Shown here: in pieces, positions 13,001-64,000 of the stretch
Numbering within the stretch: the stretch's first letter is position 1
Layout of the letters: each line of letters opens with the position of its first letter
Assembly (NCBI RefSeq): GCF_963921235.1
Contig: NC_086108.1
Location: forward strand, 70,806,001 to 70,870,000
DNA from: Mobula hypostoma
Lineage: Eukaryota
Direction: 5' to 3'
Length of the DNA stretch: 64,000 bases
Made by a program: the position numbers and the translations under genes
The notes under the pieces: model-generated
Told to the model about the DNA's origin: nothing
Database searches by the model: none
What the model saw: the letters and a program-made list of their open reading frames with translations, nothing else

Positions 13001-15403
13001 AAACCCGACCTCCATTAAAAACAGTTAAAAAAGCAAGAAGGGAATTTAAATATGGGCAAAGAGAAAAAAAATTACATTAAATGAAAATGTTGAATAAAAG
13101 GTCTCCAAGTCTGTTCAAATTTAACTGATTATCATAAAGAATACTTCTAATTTTCTCCAAATTTAAACATAGTATCGTCTGAGAAAACCAAAAGAATGTA
13201 GTTGGGGCATTAATCTCCTTCCAATGTTGTAAAATACATCTTTTCGCCATTAAAGTAAGAAATGCAATCATTCTACGGGCTGAAGGGGAAAGATTAGTGG
13301 AAATTTTAGGTCATCCAAAAATAGCGGTAATAGGATGGGGAGAAACCCTTAACCCGTGTCAGAAAGGCGTAACGGCTATTATTTATAATACTATCATGAA
13401 ACTTAGGAAAGCTCCATTTGATAAGATTAGGTCAGATTGGGAAAAGGAATTGGGCTTATTATTTCGACGGATGACTGGGCGTATATTTTACAACTAGTCA
13501 ATACTTCCTCTATCTGTTCCAAACATTCCCTAATTCAATTTAAAGTTGTTCATAGAGCACATATGTCTAAAGATAAATTAGCTCGTTTTTATTCTCATAT
13601 TAAGCCTCTTTGTGACAGAGGTCATGGGGAGATAGCTTCCTTAGCTCATATGTTTTGGTCCTGTTCTACTTTGGAAACTTTTTGGAAAGACATTTTTAAT
13701 ATTATTTCAAAGGTATTGAATACTCATTTTTTAAGCACTAAGGAACACATCTACTTCCTTCTTCAACATATGAGGTGACAGACTACCCACCTTTAAGGAA
13801 GAGAATTCCACAGGTTCACCATCCTCTGGGTGAAGAAATCCTTTGATCTCATTTCTAAATGGCGTAACTCTGAACCCAAATCTGTGACCACTGGTTGTGA
13901 ACACTCCAGCCATTGGGAACATCTTCCTTTTATTTAATTTGTCTAGTGCTGTTTAAAGGCTTGTGTTTCTATCAGGTCTCCTCCCATTCTTTCATACACC
14001 AGTGAGTTACTGAATACTTTATCCAATCTCTCATCAGTCTTGCCATTTCAGGAATTAGTCTGGTAATTGGACTAATTCCTGAAATGGACTTCTCAGAAGA
14101 CCAAAACTGCACACAAGCTCCAGATGAACTCAATAAGGGTACCACTGCTATGTCACTGTAGTCTTAAATGTAATAGAGGTGGTTATACATTCAACCATGC
14201 AAAACACTCTTAATCAGCAGTAAGCCACTAGTTCATGAACAATCTACTCCTCGATACCAACCAGGACCAGAATTCAACATAGCCTTATTCCAAACAGACA
14301 AAGGATCACGTGCAATGAAAGGAATTGACCTTGACATCACTGCTGCATTCATGGAGCTTCAGTAAAATTAAATCAGTGAGAATTAAATAGAAAGTTGTAC
14401 ATTGTGAATGCAGCCAGTTTAGCACAAAATAGGGATAATTATGATTGATAGATACCATTCATCTCAGCCCCAGGATAGCCCAGTGCGACTCCTCAGGGCA
14501 AATAGACAAATCATCTTCAACTATGTTTTGCAATAACCTTCACAATTCTTCGGGTAACAAATAAGTCCCTGCAGCAAAACCTGAATGGTACTGAGACACA
14601 AACTAATGACATACTACTCAAGTGTTAGGTTATAACTATATTAAAGGAGTTGACCAATCTCCCTTTGACAGCTGAACTGGGCAACTATATAGGGATTACT
14701 ATTAGCAAGAAACTTAACAGGGTCAGGTATATACCCTATGGCTACCAAAGCAGGCTACAAGTTGCACTGGATGACTGTTCCTGTTTCTTGAAAATATTTA
14801 TACCATCTACAAGGGATACAGCAGGAGTACAATGGAATACTCCAAACTTACCTAGATGATCACAGCCCCCACTTCTTAAAACTTCAAAGCGACCTTTTTT
14901 ACCAGCGTCCCATCCACCACTCTGAGAATTACTTCCACCTTCATGGTAATGATCTATAGTGCATACAAAACACACCTGCACCACCAGCCAAACGTACTAC
15001 CATCTACAAAGGTAGGATCCACTATCTGGAAGAGCAGATGCAGAAGTCACACCTCACAAATCAAAATCACACACCATACGGGCATGGACATACACGCCAG
15101 TGCCGCCTTTAGCGACTGGTCAGTACTCCACATCTCCCTATTAATCTGCAAATTTCCATCACAAGAATTACATCAATCGAAGTGGGCTGCGGGCTTTCCA
15201 CTCACTACTTGGAAGTGATTAGGAATGGGGATGAAATATTGCCCCCCCCCACCCCGCAGCACCATCGTGCGTATGTTGAATTTACAAAGACTTCTACCTT
15301 CCGGGTCCTTCTCCTTGCGGCACTGGTAACTATATTCGATGCCCAGGTTGTCCAGGTACTCCTTCACTTCTGTTTCATCCTGGAAATTAACAAGACCCGA
15401 CAT
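9628..15403 (-). CDS. COA7: Cytochrome c oxidase assembly factor 7 (SEL1-repeat protein); complement(join(9628..10076,11570..11710,15298..15403)), 231 aa
   Basis: Three exons (106+141+449 = 696 nt) with GT-AG introns join in frame. Translation [28 protein letters not shown]...[19 protein letters not shown]...LKFGQ is recognisably COA7. Confidence 0.96.
10255..10595 (-). mobile_element. CR1 3' fragment in COA7 intron 2, target of a later PLE-derived insertion
   Basis: Same 3' terminal sequence as other CR1 copies (GAGCAGAATTAGGCCATTTGGCCC...). Confidence 0.65.
10596..10868. mobile_element. Short palindromic Penelope-like (pLTR-derived) element with a hammerhead motif on each strand
   Basis: Inverted arms 10632-10747 and 10748-10863 with no spacer (centre AGA|TCT). 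11-bp TSD CTTTCAATATT at 10585-10595 and 10869-10879. Sequence matches the 3' ends of the PLE at 38484-43916. Confidence 0.85.
10696..10733 (-). ncRNA. Minimal type I hammerhead ribozyme motif (PLE-type), sense to the COA7 pre-mRNA
   Basis: Minus strand reads UAGUC-CUGACGA-A-GGGUCUUGGCCC-GAAA-UGUC-GACUG. Stem I is UAGUC/GACUG and stem II is GGGU/GCCC. Confidence 0.65.
11570..11710 (-). CDS. COA7: COA7 coding exon 2
   Basis: Acceptor ttcttggcag|GA, donor AAAG|gtacaa; encodes [14 protein letters not shown]...YYVTGK. Confidence 0.95.
12686..13718 (-). mobile_element. L1/Tx1-clade LINE 3' fragment with an inverted 5' segment (COA7 intron 1)
   Basis: 14-bp TSD AATACTCATTTTTT at 12672-12685 and 13719-13732. 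A-rich tail at the left end. The ORF2 C-terminus is on - (to ~13345) and the preceding cysteine-rich region (CDRG..HMFWSC) is on + (~13345-13718). Confidence 0.85.
15298..15403 (-). CDS. COA7: COA7 coding exon 1
   Basis: GTGGCGATGT start context, donor GAAG|gtagaa; encodes [35 protein letters not shown]. Confidence 0.95.
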
Positions 15404-16072
15404 CGCCACCGCGGAGAAGCTTCGGGACAGCACCGAGTCCCGAGACGAGAAGTACCGGCGCCGCCTTTCTGACCTCTAACGTGGAGCAACCACGTTCACA
15501 ACCGCCCCGTTCCGCCCCGCCCCGCCCGCACTTCCGGTACCCTGATCAGCATGCGGGGCGGGGCAGGGCAGGGCAGGGAGAGCGGAAACGCGGGTCACCA
15601 CTCCCCCGGTGTTTACCACCACCCCCCGCGCCGAGCGAGGGGACGCCGCAAGGCCGACAGCGAGTTTGATTGACGTTAGTGGTAAACAAAGGAGGGGGCA
15701 GGAAAAGGCGGAAACGGCCAATGGCGGAACGTGGCGGCGTGGGGTGTAACCAATGGGAACGAAGGACCGGGTGGGCCGGGCTAAATGTCGCTGGGACCGG
15801 TTTGGTCTGTCACCCCGGAAATTGTTTCTGGGTGGTAGATCACCAGAGTTATTTACACGGAATGTGGTTGAGATGAACAAAAACCCTTTTGCATTCGAAG
15901 GAAGAAGTCATTTAATGTTCTTAAGCTGCAGAGTGGTCTGGTTCTGTCAGGCATCCTTCCCTGTGTGACCAGGTCCTTGCCCTTGTTTGTTTGCCGGTCA
16001 TGTTTTTGCTTGCGTTGGCTCGGAAGCTCCGTTAGCCCGCAGCCCGCCGCCCGCCACCCGCCACCTGCCGCG
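15404..16072. promoter_or_regulatory. CpG-island bidirectional promoter and 5' UTRs between the COA7 and ZYG11B start codons
   Basis: GC/CpG-rich from ~15240 to 16260 in otherwise CpG-poor DNA. GC boxes 15502-15528; ETS ACTTCCGG 15530-15537 and CCGGAAAT 15815-15822; CRE-like TGACGTTA 15671-15678; forkhead GTAAACA 15682-15688; CCAAT at 15718 and 15750. Confidence 0.85.
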
Positions 16073-60313
<44,241 letters not shown>

Positions 60314-62582
60314 TTATATTGAGAGATTGTACCAGTAATTTACAAAGAAAACACTCATTTCATAAATTAGGCTCCTCTCAAAATGTTCAAGATTGCTCAT
60401 AATGTAGCTTTGTTATCCCATTCCCATTGGGAAGGGAAAGGAGATCAGATCTCAGATCAAATACTACACTAGCCCAGTATAGCCAAGTAGCAGAAGAAAT
60501 GTGAAACTCTGACCTATTTCTGTATGACTCAAAACTATACTGTTCCTGAAGAATTTTAAAAATCATTAACTTGTGTGGCAAAATTTATTGTCTTGAGTTC
60601 TATTGTACAATAGTACAACACAAAAGATTAGCCCTTTAATTCATTGTGGGGTATTTTTTTGGTAAAACTATCCAAAGTGATCTCACTTTCCTTGCATTTT
60701 CCTTTACAACTTTTGAAGTGAATGCTGGTTAAGATGGTGCTCCCTTTCTTTGTTGCTCTTAGCTGCACACCTTTGCTACACATTTCCACAACCATCTACA
60801 ACCCTTTAGCCTTCTCTGCTTCAGTTGTAATTTTTTTATATTATTAAAAACTTGTCTGTATTTTCCACCTAAAAACCAATATCATTTTCTATAACTTTAT
60901 TATCCTTTCTATAATGGATTAAAGCAGCACACTTTTTGGTTCAGCTATAGATAAATATACTGTACAGTGTCTGAATTCTTGTATGTCTGTTTCAATTTCT
61001 ACTTCAATTCCATTTAAACATGATTTTATTCAGACCTTCAAAAAATACAGTATCCTTATTTATAAATTCTTATTCCTCAAAACATTTTAACAGTATTGCA
61101 GCCTTCATGCCTGGTCCAATTCGACAAGGGGAACCAAGTTTTTAAGGTTGGGGATTCCTGGAATCAGCAGTAAAGATTTTTGCTTACGTTACTTTAAAGG
61201 AAAGTTCTTTGAAAACATACCTTGGTGTCCAATCTCTCCAAAAAAAAAAAATTAATTCTTTTTTCACTATGATTGAAATATTGCATATGGAGTTCTTGGA
61301 TTTCTCATGTGTTTTAGTATCAAGGGGTGTTTGCTTATTATTCCTAACTTGTAGAAGGAACAGATGATAAGTTTAAACTACTTTGGGTCCTACAGATGCA
61401 GATTATGTGCTTGTGGTGCTGCGGCTGTAATATTGCAGCATGATTTGATTTCAGTTTGACTCAGACCACTTCAATAGGATAATACTCTGGAACCTCCTGC
61501 TAATTGCAATTTGGGATGAAATTTTAGGGCTGAGTTAATCTGATGTTCTTTTCACCTGGCAATGAAAATGCTTGCAAATTCAGTTTGTGGTGATTGATGT
61601 TTTTCTCATGCCTTTGATTTCTGAATACAGCCTTGAAATAAATTTCTCTAGTACTTCTCAAACCCAATATTGTAGAAATACTAGGAATGAATGAAATACT
61701 GAAACCATGCACGGGATTGTTGAAAGTCCCAAAATATCTCAGTAAAACAAATGGACAATGATTAATTCACAGATATCCAATATGACTTTTGAATTTGAGT
61801 GGAATTACCATAATTGAAATGGTGTTTGCTGTTAAATATTTCTACAAGTTATCTAGATGCAGTTGACGTTGATCACAGTGGAATGTTGGTTTTTGGTGCT
61901 GTCTTTGCAAATGTTCATTCTACAAGCAGCAGCTTTTATTTGAGTAAATGTTGCTGATGAAATGTTTACTTAATCTAGATGCCACTCATATGCCAACCAT
62001 TTTATAAAAGAAAGAATGGAAATGTTGAACTGTATTGAGCTTATTTTTTGATCTTTGTCCTGACATCTTTTGTTCCCTTTTTAAAACAATTTTGTACAAC
62101 ATGTTACCTCCCTCAAAGAAATATGCTTTTGAAAAACCTGAAATGGCTTTGTATTAGTGTATTATGTTTTTCGTATTGCCTGCATATGTTTATATTACTG
62201 GTTTTATGATTTTCTGCTCTGACTCTTCCCTTCAATACCTCATTTTTAAAAAATGCATTCTATTAAAAATATTTGATTTAGCATTGCTATTTATTGAAAA
62301 TGTTAATTCTTTAGGGGAACTGGTTTGGGGCAACTACCTTGTTTTTCTGGGTTTTTTTCTTCTCTCCTCCATTGGTAATGAATGTGCACAATCTGACAAG
62401 ACGATCAGTGAATACAGCTAGTTGTCTGTCTTGTTCATCTATGCTGGATGGTGTGTTTACTGCTTCTGTGGAAGGATTATTATTTTTTTAATTCATCTGC
62501 AGAAATGTGGTCTGAATATTACTTGTGTCACGGAGTAATATTTATGGCCTCCTGGATTTCTCTATAGATTATTTAGACAGAC

Positions 62583-62652
62583 TAGGGGGTTCCCAACATT
62601 TTATGCCATGGATCCCTACCATTAACCAAGGGGGCCAAGTTGGGAACCCCTG
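62583..62652. mobile_element. Tiny hAT/Charlie-like MITE; a related, oppositely oriented copy lies at ~23869-23944
   Basis: TIRs GGGGTTCCCAAC / GTTGGGAACCCC. ATTTAGAC flanks both sides (62571-62578, 62653-62660), with 4 extra nt on the left. Confidence 0.55.
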
Positions 62653-64000
62653 ATTTAGACGATGCACAAGTCAGTAATTGTGCACGACATAGATCATCAG
62701 AGTGCTAACCTTGCATGGTATGGAATGGAGATGCTATCTTTGAGTAGTATGCAGCAAAAAAATTATTGTGGAATAATTATATCACAGAGGCTGTGAATCC
62801 AAGATAGCACTTCTGTACAAGTACAACACTCCTTTGGTCAATGTCTTCTGGATAGATTATGAAACCATTTTTTCATTTCTTTTATGTTTGTTTCTTGTCT
62901 TGAATGTGATTCTGTAACTGGTTTGGGTGCTTCAGTGCCCTTGCAGTCTCTGGCAGGGTCTTGGGAGGCAGTGGCAGCATGAATGAACCTCACGGCAAGG
63001 AGGCTGCAAGACGGCAGAAGCCAACGTTTGGCCCCATTTTGCCAGTTAAAGCTCCCATTGTTCACCTATGAAACTGACAAGGGAGATTGAAGCATCAAAG
63101 CAAGTACAGAGGGTGAACACTGGCTGCTTGTCTTTTTGATTGGTTACTCTGTACCAGAGAAGGAAAGGCCTGCTGCTGCAGAGAGTGTTGACTAGGGTTG
63201 TCTTCTTTTCTGTGTTTTGGATTTGAACTTTAGATGAAACACCTTTTTTCTCAGTCTTGTAGTTTTTTTTTGCCTGATCAAGGCGCCTGATCCATTTCGT
63301 TTGTGTTTTTTTTTGCGGGGAGATGGGATTAGGGGGTTTGATTATGCTGACTTTCTTTTCTTTCTTGGTTTCATGGCTACTCGGAGAATTGAAGAATTTC
63401 AGAGTTGTATACTTTGATAATAAATGAAAGTTTGAAATATGTCCTTTTTTTTTTACTCTGCCCTGGAGCCCTGCAAGTTTATATCAACTGTTTGCAATTG
63501 AAATCATTGTTCAAGGATTAGTGTTGGATCAACACCCCTGCTCTGTCCTCCAGCTTGGATAAATAACCAGAACGCTACTTGAACCCAAAGGGTTAAATTG
63601 TAAAGAGGTTTTGTACAAAGTACAGTTGTAATTCAGAACATTAGGTTAAGGATTGGGTTATAGTTTAAGGGGCTTGGATAAAAGATGGGAGGGTGGTGTA
63701 TGGAAATAAGTATCAGGGTTAACTAATCTGTAGCAATACATGAGCAAAACTACTGAAAACTGACCACCAACACAATATGTTGGGATTAAGTTAGCTTTCA
63801 TATAGACCAAATGGATGCATGGTTCCTCCATCCTACTTTGTAATATTTTAATTAAGTATCTGAATGACAACAAATTTGCATTTAAATTAACCATTACAAC
63901 GAAAGGTAAGTCAATCTTAACAAAATCCTGTTGGCCATGCAATTTAAAAAAAGAACTGATTTGATACACCCAGAAAATTTAACCTTCCCACATACCACTT

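Noticed and set aside
60314..64000. ZYG11B 3' UTR end and polyadenylation site
   Set aside because: AT-rich with several weak candidate signals; the end cannot be placed without transcript data.

Overview
Vertebrate genomic DNA. The repeat content suggests a cartilaginous fish, probably a ray or shark (inference). Two complete spliced protein-coding genes sit head-to-head on a shared CpG-rich promoter. COA7 is on the - strand (3 coding exons, 231 aa). ZYG11B/zyg11 is on the + strand (15 coding exons, 743 aa); its exon 1 contributes only the ATG and intron 6 has a GC donor. Introns and flanks are full of transposon relics: CR1 LINEs, L1/Tx1 pieces (one with a 5' inversion), a TSD-bounded RNase H-bearing I/Nimb-type LINE with a 1.56 kb purine-pyrimidine microsatellite in its 3' UTR, a Rex1/Babar-like RT, Gypsy LTR/gag remnants, and Tigger, mariner and hAT DNA elements. 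The most interesting system is a Penelope-like element (PLE) family. It includes a 5.4 kb inverted pair of RT+GIY-YIG copies and four short TSD-flanked fold-back derivatives. All five share the same asymmetric ends, and three carry a minimal type I hammerhead ribozyme motif (UAGUC-CUGACGA-stem II-GAAAC-GUC/GACUG), intact or point-mutated, inside introns of both host genes. All coordinates were read by eye and no database searches were run.
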